64,000 bases of DNA from a virus. The notes under the pieces were generated by a model. The model was not told the origin of the DNA, ran no database searches, and saw nothing but the letters and a program-made list of their open reading frames with translations. Shown piece after piece: positions 37,006 to 45,498 of the stretch; the stretch's first letter is position 1, and each line of letters starts with the position of its first letter. The stretch lies in IMG/VR virus record IMGVR_UViG_3300036985_004624; one strand, 5' to 3'. The position numbers were made by a program, and so were the translations under genes.

Positions 37006-38520
37006 TCAAAAGAATATATTGTTGAATCTTTCATAATACAGTTCGAAATCGGAAGATTCTTTAATTTCTTGCTTATCTTTAGCAACTTTTTCTTCTACCT
37101 TGGCATTTTCTAAAACTTGTTTGAGTACAGCACGCTCGAAATCGTTTACTGTACCTTCTTTACATAATTTTGTACCAATTTTGTTCACAAAGGAAGATAG
37201 TTCGTCGTTCTCCATAATACGCAATGCGAATTCATTTAATTTAAATCCTAAACGAGCATTTTCGCTTGCAAATTCAAATATGGGAGTAGTACTCAGCGAT
37301 TCTCTGCGTAGAATAATTGGTGCGGCGGCTGCTTCTTCGATTCTTTTATGGAAAGTATCTTTCTCTTGCACCAACTGTTTAACAATAGGCAAAACTTCTT
37401 CGAACTTCTCGTCGAATCTTCGAATGGTGAACAAATCCTTTAGTTGAGTTGTGTCATCCTCAGCTAATGCTTCACGTTCGAATGTTTCTAAACGAGCCTT
37501 TACTGTTTCATAAGTCTTAACGCCTGTCAATTTCTTCAATTCCGTACGAATAGTCTCGATATTTTCCTTAACTGTTTCGATAATACCGGAACTATCTTCA
37601 TTTATTAACTTATTTGTTGTTACATATCTGTTAAAAGACTGTAATTTTAATAAATTACTGGTACTTTCACTAATATATTGCCCGACTTTATCGTGCATTG
37701 TTCCACCGTGTGACATATGTTGGGCCATAGCACGGGCACCGGGGAGGTAATTAGATTGGAAACGAACTCTTTCACCATTACATTCTAAGAAAATTGCACT
37801 AATGTGGCGTGAACGAGATCCACGAACATTTTCGTCGACAGGTGTCTTATGCTTTACTAAAATTCTAACATTTTCTAGAGTCTGTTGTGATGTTTTCATC
37901 GAACCGAACATCTTACTGAAACTTTCTACTATTGCTTCATCAACTGTCAATGAATACATAATATCTCCATGTGCATCTGGCTGTGCTGTTATCTTACCAT
38001 TCTGAACTAATCTATTCAATATGGGTTGAATTTCGCTAAGGTCTATTCCTAGATCGTCGGCTAATGTATGGGCAGCGGCCGTGCCAAAATATTTAACTCT
38101 ATGCGATACCTTACCCATTAATTGATGATTGTACGGTTGAACTAAATTATTTTCCATCATTGCCTCGCCTTTTTTTATTTTTGCTTGATATGCATAGTCC
38201 CTTGGCTGAATCGTCTTACCAAAAACTGTTAATTTAAAGTTTAAAGGTGGTACGTTAGTATCTGCCAGATCTCTTACTAAGTTTTCTATAGACTTTGTAG
38301 AATCACCCACATTAGCACCTTTGCTAAATTCTACGTTACCATTATTTTTATCAGAAGGCTCGTTGATTGTAATCATTACATTAGGGTTGAGCACAAAAAA
38401 TCGTCGACCTGTTCCGGGATCGGTTGTATCCGAACCTTCAACATCGAAAATTTTTATCTTTAAACCGTTCCCTTTTAGCAGAGAAAATATTTTGCCCGCT
38501 AAATCATTCATTTCTTCCAT
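37006..38520 (-). CDS. Conserved head-associated protein with an internal winged-helix-like insert
   Basis: RSRHISAIFLE..GER, L.GARAMAQH..HGG..D; late motif upstream. Confidence 0.65.
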   Translation of the reverse strand: MEEMNDLAGKIFSLLKGNGLKIKIFDVEGSDTTDPGTGRRFFVLNPNVMITINEPSDKNNGNVEFSKGANVGDSTKSIENLVRDLADTNVPPLNFKLTVFGKTIQPRDYAYQAKIKKGEAMMENNLVQPYNHQLMGKVSHRVKYFGTAAAHTLADDLGIDLSEIQPILNRLVQNGKITAQPDAHGDIMYSLTVDEAIVESFSKMFGSMKTSQQTLENVRILVKHKTPVDENVRGSRSRHISAIFLECNGERVRFQSNYLPGARAMAQHMSHGGTMHDKVGQYISESTSNLLKLQSFNRYVTTNKLINEDSSGIIETVKENIETIRTELKKLTGVKTYETVKARLETFEREALAEDDTTQLKDLFTIRRFDEKFEEVLPIVKQLVQEKDTFHKRIEEAAAAPIILRRESLSTTPIFEFASENARLGFKLNEFALRIMENDELSSFVNKIGTKLCKEGTVNDFERAVLKQVLENAKVEEKVAKDKQEIKESSDFELYYERFNNIFF

Positions 38521-38557
38521 GGTAACTTCCTTGTTCTCTTATTTATCTATGTAAGGG

Positions 38558-40132
38558 TCAAATACACATTGGCATCGGAGCCGAAGAATCGGATTCTTCG
38601 CCGGAGCCTACGTTACTATTGATTGCCGCCTGAGACTTATCATCCCAGGTAGAAATATAATCTGTCATTCTTATTGCAAGAATCATAGCCATAATTAAGT
38701 CGTCCGTCTGGCCTATTCTGGCCTCGTATGTATTACCTCTAGAAACAAATACTTTAAGTTCAGATAGTAGTCCACGCGAATTTATAGTTAACTTACCGGA
38801 CTCAATTAAGAATTTCAATTTAGCACAAGCTTCTAATTTTGATTTATTCGTAGTTACAAATCCTGCTCTGCGGCCAGATCTACCTTGTAATCTATTTTTA
38901 GGATCGTGCAGCATAGTACCGCGGAAGTTTTCTTCGCCTGTATCCCTGATAACAACTAATGCAGCTTCACCTAAAGAATTGCTTTCTACAGACCAATACA
39001 TTTCAGGCTTGGCTAAATCATATAGTTCTTGTAAGATTTTCTTCATTGTTCTTACTTGTTCTTCAATAGGTGTTTTATTGCTACTCCACTCTGCTACTTG
39101 TACTAGGGTAGGTAATTCTAACACCTGAATTGCTGCATTGTCGCCACCTGTCCCCATAGACGGGTCTAAGGAAACAACATATGTCATATGTGGCTTAATA
39201 TCGGCATACCATCTAACTTGTCCCGATTTACGTATAGGTTGTGTAGGTTCCAACTGAGCAAGCTTAACGGGATTAATAAGAGTTTCTTCAAAGGTAATGA
39301 ACTGACACTTATGTTCACGCAAGAATCTATCTTCACCCAATGCTGCTAATTCTGCATCTGCCCACGTCTGGTCTCTGTCTGGATGAACTTCCCAGGTGGA
39401 CATATAAGGTCTGAACCCGTTAACGCCAATGTTTGTTTCATTTCCGTTTGCATCAACTAATTTATTTGCTCCGAACCATATATCTGCAAACTGATCTTCG
39501 TCAGTATTAGGCGTCGATGTAATAATACACTTACCACCTGTAGACAAGGTAGGAGATAATGATGTCCAAAATTCTTTAGCTATGTTTGGTTCTACGAATG
39601 CAAATTCGTCTAAATAAACTAATGATAATGACATACCACGACCTGTATTTTCCGTGGTGGTAGTTGCCACAATACGTGAATTATTATCAAAATCGATGGA
39701 ACGTTTATTATAAGTCTTTACACCTGCCCGAATATGATCCGGTATGGATTCATATGCATACCGTACTCTATGCATAATTTCCTGTGCGCCGTCATATTTG
39801 TTTGATGCAATCAGTATTGTAGAATCTTCGTTAAACATCGCATACCATAACAGATAACCTGCTGCAACAGTGGTTTTACCCATCTGTCTGGATACCATAT
39901 TAACAGACTTTCTATACTTATGATATGTGTTTATTAGATCTACTTGAAAAGAGTACAGCGATAACTTCTGGCGTCCTTGTGTAGGATGCTGTATATACAT
40001 GAAGTTGCTCATGAAATAGATGGGGCCTGTTTCGGGGTGCAAACATGCCGCTAACTCATCTAATTGTTGCTGTGTGTAATCTGTCTTTTTATTTGCTCGT
40101 TTTACAAGTGAGTCGTCTTGATAAATTGCCAT
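38558..40132 (-). CDS. terL: Terminase large subunit (T4 gp17-like)
   Basis: SRQMGKTT, LDEFAF, ITSTPN, DPSMGTGGD, ESN, DDLIMA. Confidence 0.96.
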   Translation of the reverse strand: MAIYQDDSLVKRANKKTDYTQQQLDELAACLHPETGPIYFMSNFMYIQHPTQGRQKLSLYSFQVDLINTYHKYRKSVNMVSRQMGKTTVAAGYLLWYAMFNEDSTILIASNKYDGAQEIMHRVRYAYESIPDHIRAGVKTYNKRSIDFDNNSRIVATTTTENTGRGMSLSLVYLDEFAFVEPNIAKEFWTSLSPTLSTGGKCIITSTPNTDEDQFADIWFGANKLVDANGNETNIGVNGFRPYMSTWEVHPDRDQTWADAELAALGEDRFLREHKCQFITFEETLINPVKLAQLEPTQPIRKSGQVRWYADIKPHMTYVVSLDPSMGTGGDNAAIQVLELPTLVQVAEWSSNKTPIEEQVRTMKKILQELYDLAKPEMYWSVESNSLGEAALVVIRDTGEENFRGTMLHDPKNRLQGRSGRRAGFVTTNKSKLEACAKLKFLIESGKLTINSRGLLSELKVFVSRGNTYEARIGQTDDLIMAMILAIRMTDYISTWDDKSQAAINSNVGSGEESDSSAPMPMCI

Positions 40133-40133
40133 A

Positions 40134-41321
40134 TTATTTCTTAGACGACTCTTTTAAATAATCTCTGTAGCCATATACCAGTTCTTTGTGAACTTCTGCT
40201 ACCTGCATTTTTTTCTGTTCCGGATTATCGCCATAACGGGCACCCGACGGACCGGCATTTTTCACAACAGGGCCATCTGCACCGTCAGGGAAATAATCCT
40301 GCCCATCGCCTTTAGTTCCGCCATATCCATTATTTAAGTCTATTGCCTCTTCAAATGGGCCATCATATGGCTCAAAATAGTCATCCGGTTCATCAAAATC
40401 GTCTGGGTCTCTTTCTCTTTTTTCCACACCCGAACCGCCACAAGATCTACAACTCGCCCCATCATACATACCTTCTCCTGTACCATCGCAGGTTCTGCAC
40501 GTATCATCGTAGTCTTCGTCGTCAACAATCTCGTCTACTTCATCAAATAGATCATCTATACCTACATCATTCTTTGCTTTATCAATAATACCGTCTGTAT
40601 TTTCATCCATCGGATCATAATCACCATAGTCGCCATAATCTTCATCTGAGCCGTGACCTGCACTTGCTAAAGCATCTGCGTCATCAGACATATCATCCGA
40701 ACCGTGTGGTTCCCCATCATCCATATTATCACGCATATCTTCGTCGTGTAAATAATTTTCTATGCTATCCATTATACTAAGTACCTCGTCGTTATCGAGG
40801 CCTTGGTCCCTTAAATAACGAGATATTTCTACTAAAGTTTCTTCTTGATCGCCAAAGGCATCGCTAGAGCTTTGAAGCATATTCATAATTTCAGCATCTA
40901 CGTCGGAATAATTCGAGAAAGATCCTTCTGCAATACCAACTTCCTTTGCGCGATTTGCTAGCCACTCTTTATTTGTCGGGTTCTCTTTCTTTAAATCGCC
41001 TGTCGATACTTTCCAGTCACCTTGCGGTTGTGCAGCTTTACGCTGAACTGCCGGGATTTCGCTTTTCTTTACTTCTTCCTTCATAGCATTACTAAGAGCA
41101 TTGTCGGGGGCAACTCGACCGGACTTCGGATCTATATTTGAGCCTACTCGTACTAGCTCATCAAGTTGCTGTGATGCATCGTATGCTGCATAAGCTTGAT
41201 TGCGCCCCACTGTCCCAGCGGTTTGCATGTCAGACTCACTATTCGTTCCAATACCCGGAATCGCCATAACACCCTCTGTAAGCTTAATACCTGCTAATTG
41301 TTTCATTCTTTGTAAATTCAT
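40134..41321 (-). CDS. Acidic head-associated protein containing a DnaJ-type zinc-finger module
   Basis: MNLQRMKQLAGIKLTE start; CRTCDGTG...CRSCGGSG. Confidence 0.65.
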   Translation of the reverse strand: MNLQRMKQLAGIKLTEGVMAIPGIGTNSESDMQTAGTVGRNQAYAAYDASQQLDELVRVGSNIDPKSGRVAPDNALSNAMKEEVKKSEIPAVQRKAAQPQGDWKVSTGDLKKENPTNKEWLANRAKEVGIAEGSFSNYSDVDAEIMNMLQSSSDAFGDQEETLVEISRYLRDQGLDNDEVLSIMDSIENYLHDEDMRDNMDDGEPHGSDDMSDDADALASAGHGSDEDYGDYGDYDPMDENTDGIIDKAKNDVGIDDLFDEVDEIVDDEDYDDTCRTCDGTGEGMYDGASCRSCGGSGVEKRERDPDDFDEPDDYFEPYDGPFEEAIDLNNGYGGTKGDGQDYFPDGADGPVVKNAGPSGARYGDNPEQKKMQVAEVHKELVYGYRDYLKESSKK

Positions 41322-41992
41322 TATACAACTCCTGCTCTAGATAAACTAGGCTTTTTGACGCGACCGAAAAGTCCTAGGTCGTCTTTCTTTAAATTCTTTG
41401 GATCGTTAAAACTATCATAATTCTTTGTTAAGGTAGAATGATCTGTTGATGCTGCTGGACTTAAAGCGTTAGTAACAATAGTGATATTCCTCTCTTTTGT
41501 CACTTTATCTAATGCCTTCAGAAATTCTGTATTGTATGCTGCGCCATAAGGCACATCTTCTGCATCGTCGGGTTCACTTCCCAAACGCGCCTTATACGAT
41601 TTTTTATACTCTGGAGAATTTCTATCTAAATATAAATCTGTTTCTATTTGGCGAGGATCATTTTCGGAATATACAGCAAGTTGGCTAGGCGAAATTCCTA
41701 AATTATTGCATACGTATGTTCTTAGAAAATCCAATGACCCTGGATAACCCAGCGTTAAATCGCAAATAAAAACTGCCGTATTCTTTATATTAGGAAAATC
41801 TAAAGGACTTTCTTGAATAGGTGTTTTTCTGAACGATGATGCTTTCTTTAGATCGTATTTTGTTAAACTGGTCTCCAGTTGATCAACCATATCATCAGTC
41901 ATTTCATTTACAGCGAACTTTAAAACATACTTGTATTCTGTCTTAACTTCAGCAACGTAAGTAGCGAATGATTTCTTTTTTTCTTCTGCCAT
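41321..41992 (-). CDS. Conserved head-morphogenesis hypothetical protein
   Basis: KSFATYVAE (similar to the T4 capsid-targeting sequence), KTPIQESPLDFP. Confidence 0.65.
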   Translation of the reverse strand: MAEEKKKSFATYVAEVKTEYKYVLKFAVNEMTDDMVDQLETSLTKYDLKKASSFRKTPIQESPLDFPNIKNTAVFICDLTLGYPGSLDFLRTYVCNNLGISPSQLAVYSENDPRQIETDLYLDRNSPEYKKSYKARLGSEPDDAEDVPYGAAYNTEFLKALDKVTKERNITIVTNALSPAASTDHSTLTKNYDSFNDPKNLKKDDLGLFGRVKKPSLSRAGVV

Positions 41993-42013
41993 ATGATAAC
42001 TCCAATATTGCTA

Positions 42014-42511
42014 CTATTTATCGGTCTTCTGAGAATTAACTATATATCTAAGTAGCTCATTCCTGTCAAATTCTGCGCCGCCCGGTGCTCGCTTATCGCC
42101 GTTTCCCTGATCTAAGTCTATTTGTTCTGAACGAACCTTTTTAAGTTGCAGATCTATCATCTTTAATTTTCTCTCTGCCTTTGCATTTTTAGCTTCAAGG
42201 GCAATCTTAAGCATTTGGGCGCCAACTTCATAAATCTTACCGGCGTGCATATCGGGCACATTCCCGCCAAGTGCAATCAGATCCTCAAATGTCTTAATTG
42301 CCTTCTGTGAAATATCATCCATTTCATTATCGTGTGTGTCTAATCCGATAACCGTAGGTAATGCGTAATTCACCTTTTCTGCTGTCGTTAATGAAGAGTA
42401 AATTTCTCTTGCTTCTACCATAAGTTCTTCCCTAGATTTACCAGGTGGCGCTTCTTCTACCACCGATTCAACGGGTGGCAGATTGAAAAAATCTTCCATT
42501 TTGCGTGTCAA
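42014..42511 (-). CDS. Possible terminase small subunit
   Basis: Helical 165 aa, FEDLIALG.NV, KLKMIDLQLKK, DRNELL; near terL. Confidence 0.45.
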   Translation of the reverse strand: MTRKMEDFFNLPPVESVVEEAPPGKSREELMVEAREIYSSLTTAEKVNYALPTVIGLDTHDNEMDDISQKAIKTFEDLIALGGNVPDMHAGKIYEVGAQMLKIALEAKNAKAERKLKMIDLQLKKVRSEQIDLDQGNGDKRAPGGAEFDRNELLRYIVNSQKTDK

Positions 42512-42514
42512 AAC

Positions 42515-42952
42515 TTAGCCCTTTCCTTTAGGATTATTAAAAATATTACCCTCATTCATGACCCTAAAAGTTAGGCCATGCGCCTTCGCAAATGCTTGTG
42601 CTGCTGCCCATTTGAATGTATTCAATGCGACTGCTGCCTTAGCCTTTTGAGACTTTGCTTGTTCTAAGAAAGTTTCTTTAGCTGGCTTTACTTCAATAAT
42701 CTCTGCTCTCTGACTACCTTTAGCGTCTACATAAGTAACCACAAAATCAGGCACATACACAGTATACTTACCTGTAAAGGGATTCTGATAGGGTATTTTA
42801 AGGGATTCGCTGGCCCAGGTTAGTATATTAGGATTAGTATCGAACATAACCATTACTTTATGTTCCCACGATGAGCGAAATATTATGGGATAAGTACCCA
42901 CATATTTACTCGGATTTATGGGTTTATACTGGCCTTGTACATAAGATCGCAT
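42515..42952 (-). CDS. Head completion nuclease (T4 gp4-like, TnsA-like fold)
   Basis: GQYKP.NPSKY.G, RSSWE, WASE...IPY, Y.PDF, EVKP, KW.AA. Confidence 0.9.
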   Translation of the reverse strand: MRSYVQGQYKPINPSKYVGTYPIIFRSSWEHKVMVMFDTNPNILTWASESLKIPYQNPFTGKYTVYVPDFVVTYVDAKGSQRAEIIEVKPAKETFLEQAKSQKAKAAVALNTFKWAAAQAFAKAHGLTFRVMNEGNIFNNPKGKG

Positions 42953-43426
42953 CTAGGACCTTATCTGTCTAGCCTGAAGGCTATATCTGTTATCGACGCT
43001 AGTAGCTCTTCCGACTTGATGACTTGTATCTCTTAAAAGGTTAAATGCCCTATAAGCATCGGGCGTAAGAACTGTCTTACCATTAACTTCTGATCTAACT
43101 AGAAGTTCTGCAGGAGATATACCGAGTATAGTTGCTATATCTATTGCTAATCCAGTCATTGTTTCGGAATAAACTTGAGATCCACCTCTTGATAAGAAAT
43201 AACATAATACCGAATTATAGTCCGATAAAGAATAACTGCCCGGAACGCCTGCACCTAATGCAGCCTGAGAAATACTACCCGGACTAGGAAATACAGTAGT
43301 TCCGGTTGCATACTTATATGTATTTCCTATACCCCCAAATACATTTTTAACAGTTCGTTGTGTACCCAAATACGTTAGCATCTGCGAACTGAAGCGGCCG
43401 ATTGAAGAAATACTAGTATTAGCCAT
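42953..43426 (-). CDS. Probable baseplate/tail-associated protein
   Basis: Position in the tail operon. Confidence 0.5.
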   Translation of the reverse strand: MANTSISSIGRFSSQMLTYLGTQRTVKNVFGGIGNTYKYATGTTVFPSPGSISQAALGAGVPGSYSLSDYNSVLCYFLSRGGSQVYSETMTGLAIDIATILGISPAELLVRSEVNGKTVLTPDAYRAFNLLRDTSHQVGRATSVDNRYSLQARQIRS

Positions 43427-44673
43427 TATCCTCCACCTGCTCTATCCATATCAGGGTACATGGTTGTATCGGGAACCGCAGTAGAATTAAAAGGTCTAGT
43501 CTGAATATAAGGTGAATCTTGTACATTAATCGGTGTGGGAGATATATCTACACTACCGGCAATTGCACTAGAACTGGTTCTTACTCCGGATATATCTAAT
43601 CTTCTGGGGTCGGTCGCTGCAAACGGTGATGTACTCTGTCCTCCACCCGCATCATTTACAGTTCCTATATCTGCCTGAAGATTATAGTTATCACGATCAA
43701 CATTTCGATTCACAAATTGTGCATCTGGTTGTTGGTTCGGTGTTTCTATAAAATCCGGATCATATTGAGTAAATGAAAGATTTGTTAGTTCCAAAAAGTC
43801 GCCATGTTCAAATTGTGTTATCGTAGAATTATTATTTGGCTCGCCCGCACCTAATTTCATATTCTGTATTGTGTAGAATGCATATTCATATTCCCACGTA
43901 AATGTAAGTTCGAGTGTCTTATCACTTGTCGCATAACTTAGCACATCATGAGTAAACGCTGAAATTCGGGGATTTACTAATGTTACTTGATTAAATCTTC
44001 CACCGTGTACCTGGTATATATCTATTGTTTGAATTAAATTTCTTATATTTTGAATGGTAGGTAAATTAAATCCAAAATTATGATTATCTAAGGTATCTGA
44101 TACAATATTTTGTATACCTTGCTTCTCGCCGTCTGTATTAGTGGATGAAGATATACTATTTGCTAAAACCTCGCCCTGTGAGCCTCGACCGGCGCCAGCG
44201 CCGCCTCCGTCTTGATAATAGGTTCCGCCGAAAGATTGTACATAGTCACTCCTGCCTTTATCTATATTCTTACCCGGCTCACTACCATCCATAAAATAGT
44301 ATCTGTAATACATTTCCCAAAACTTTAATGTTTTTCCATCTGCTACATCATGAAACACCATTTTGACAGGCTCAAATGCTATTTTTGTCTGACTTAATCG
44401 TTTTCTATTATATTGATTAAGTGGTGCAGTTTCAATTTTAAAGGCCGGCATATCAACTGTTTTCACTAAAGGCATAATCTGCTCTAAGTCGGGCCCATTA
44501 AAAAATTGAGATATAAAGAACTGTGCTGTACTTACATTATTTAAATTAATATTAATATAGTACTCAAACGGAAATCTTGGTTGGTTTCTAAATAAGGACG
44601 GAGATTGCTGATTAAAATTATACGCAGCATGATGAGAAGATTTCTCATAATAAAATTTAGAGGAAATTGACAT
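43426..44673 (-). CDS. Tail-tube-like baseplate protein (gp48/gp54-like)
   Basis: LVKTVDMP, NQYNRKR, F.PVKMVFHD, L.NP.I..F.HD, LTFTWEYE tube-fold motifs. Confidence 0.6.
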   Translation of the reverse strand: MSISSKFYYEKSSHHAAYNFNQQSPSLFRNQPRFPFEYYININLNNVSTAQFFISQFFNGPDLEQIMPLVKTVDMPAFKIETAPLNQYNRKRLSQTKIAFEPVKMVFHDVADGKTLKFWEMYYRYYFMDGSEPGKNIDKGRSDYVQSFGGTYYQDGGGAGAGRGSQGEVLANSISSSTNTDGEKQGIQNIVSDTLDNHNFGFNLPTIQNIRNLIQTIDIYQVHGGRFNQVTLVNPRISAFTHDVLSYATSDKTLELTFTWEYEYAFYTIQNMKLGAGEPNNNSTITQFEHGDFLELTNLSFTQYDPDFIETPNQQPDAQFVNRNVDRDNYNLQADIGTVNDAGGGQSTSPFAATDPRRLDISGVRTSSSAIAGSVDISPTPINVQDSPYIQTRPFNSTAVPDTTMYPDMDRAGGG

Positions 44674-44715
44674 AATGTACTATTTACCTTCTTTTCATTT
44701 ATAGGAAATTAAAAA

Positions 44716-44743
44716 AATATAGGGGCTAAATGCCCCTATATTT
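44716..44743 (-). terminator. Intrinsic terminator after tail tube
   Basis: AATATAGGGGC-TAAAT-GCCCCTATATT followed by a T-run on the minus strand. Confidence 0.8.
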
Positions 44744-44758
44744 AAGTAGATAAAAATC

Positions 44759-45376
44759 TTAAGCGAACGTTGTGCCGCCTGTTGGGCTAGGAATGTTCGG
44801 ATACGGATCAGGTCCGTTGTAGTTAGGATTATTTCCTGCTAAGTTCGTAGCATTGTCAAATCTAATTGTTAATGTAACTTCCTGTGGATCGCCACTTGCA
44901 TAATCTGCTTCAGAATATGTTGCTGCATTAATCCAGCAACCTTCTAAGAACCAGGATTCTATTTCTTCATTTGTCGTACCATCCAACGAATGAACTTCCA
45001 TAGAAAATTTATAATTTATACCTGCGGATGCACTTGTCTGCTCGAAGTGATTCATTTGCTTCTGCACCTGAGCACCTACACTAGCTACAATTGAATTAGT
45101 TATATCGTCACGCAGTTTAATTTCGAGTGGATCAAAACTGTGTTTACCTGCAATCCATGCTACTGAATTATATGAATCTAGTTTCACTTCTTCGTATGTA
45201 ACCTTTGGGCGGCTGCATGTCATAACATTTGCTGTCATTGTGTTTGCACCGACTCCATCGCCAAATCCATACCACATAACTCTAAAGCGATACTTTTGTT
45301 TAGGGTGTAAAATACCCTGATTTTGTCCGTCAATCGGAACCCCGAATTTGGATAATGTTGAAAAACTCTGTGCCAT
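44759..45376 (-). CDS. Tail tube protein (gp19-like)
   Basis: PKQKYRFRV, RP.V.YEE, AGKH.F.P, LRDD, W.LEGCW, LTIRFDNA; follows sheath. Confidence 0.9.
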   Translation of the reverse strand: MAQSFSTLSKFGVPIDGQNQGILHPKQKYRFRVMWYGFGDGVGANTMTANVMTCSRPKVTYEEVKLDSYNSVAWIAGKHSFDPLEIKLRDDITNSIVASVGAQVQKQMNHFEQTSASAGINYKFSMEVHSLDGTTNEEIESWFLEGCWINAATYSEADYASGDPQEVTLTIRFDNATNLAGNNPNYNGPDPYPNIPSPTGGTTFA

Positions 45377-45454
45377 CTTATTCTCCTGCTATAAAAGCTA
45401 ATACTATTTATCAAATCTGTCGAATTTTTCTTCGAGAGGTATTAAAAAGGCCAA

Positions 45455-45487
45455 AATAAAAGGGCAAGTGCTTTGCCCCTTTATTTG
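45455..45487 (-). terminator. Intrinsic terminator after tail sheath
   Basis: AAATAAAAGGGCAA...TTGCCCCTTTATTT inverted repeat. Confidence 0.7.
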
Positions 45488-45498
45488 ATAGTTTTCAC

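Noticed and set aside
37921-38160. Z-alpha (Z-DNA-binding) domain
   Set aside because: Helix spacing is similar, but the diagnostic Asn/Tyr and Pro-Trp residues are missing; called only wHTH-like
13510-40132. Inteins or introns in nrdJ, helicase, uvsX or terminase
   Set aside because: Lengths are normal, motifs contiguous, no intein splice-junction motifs noticed
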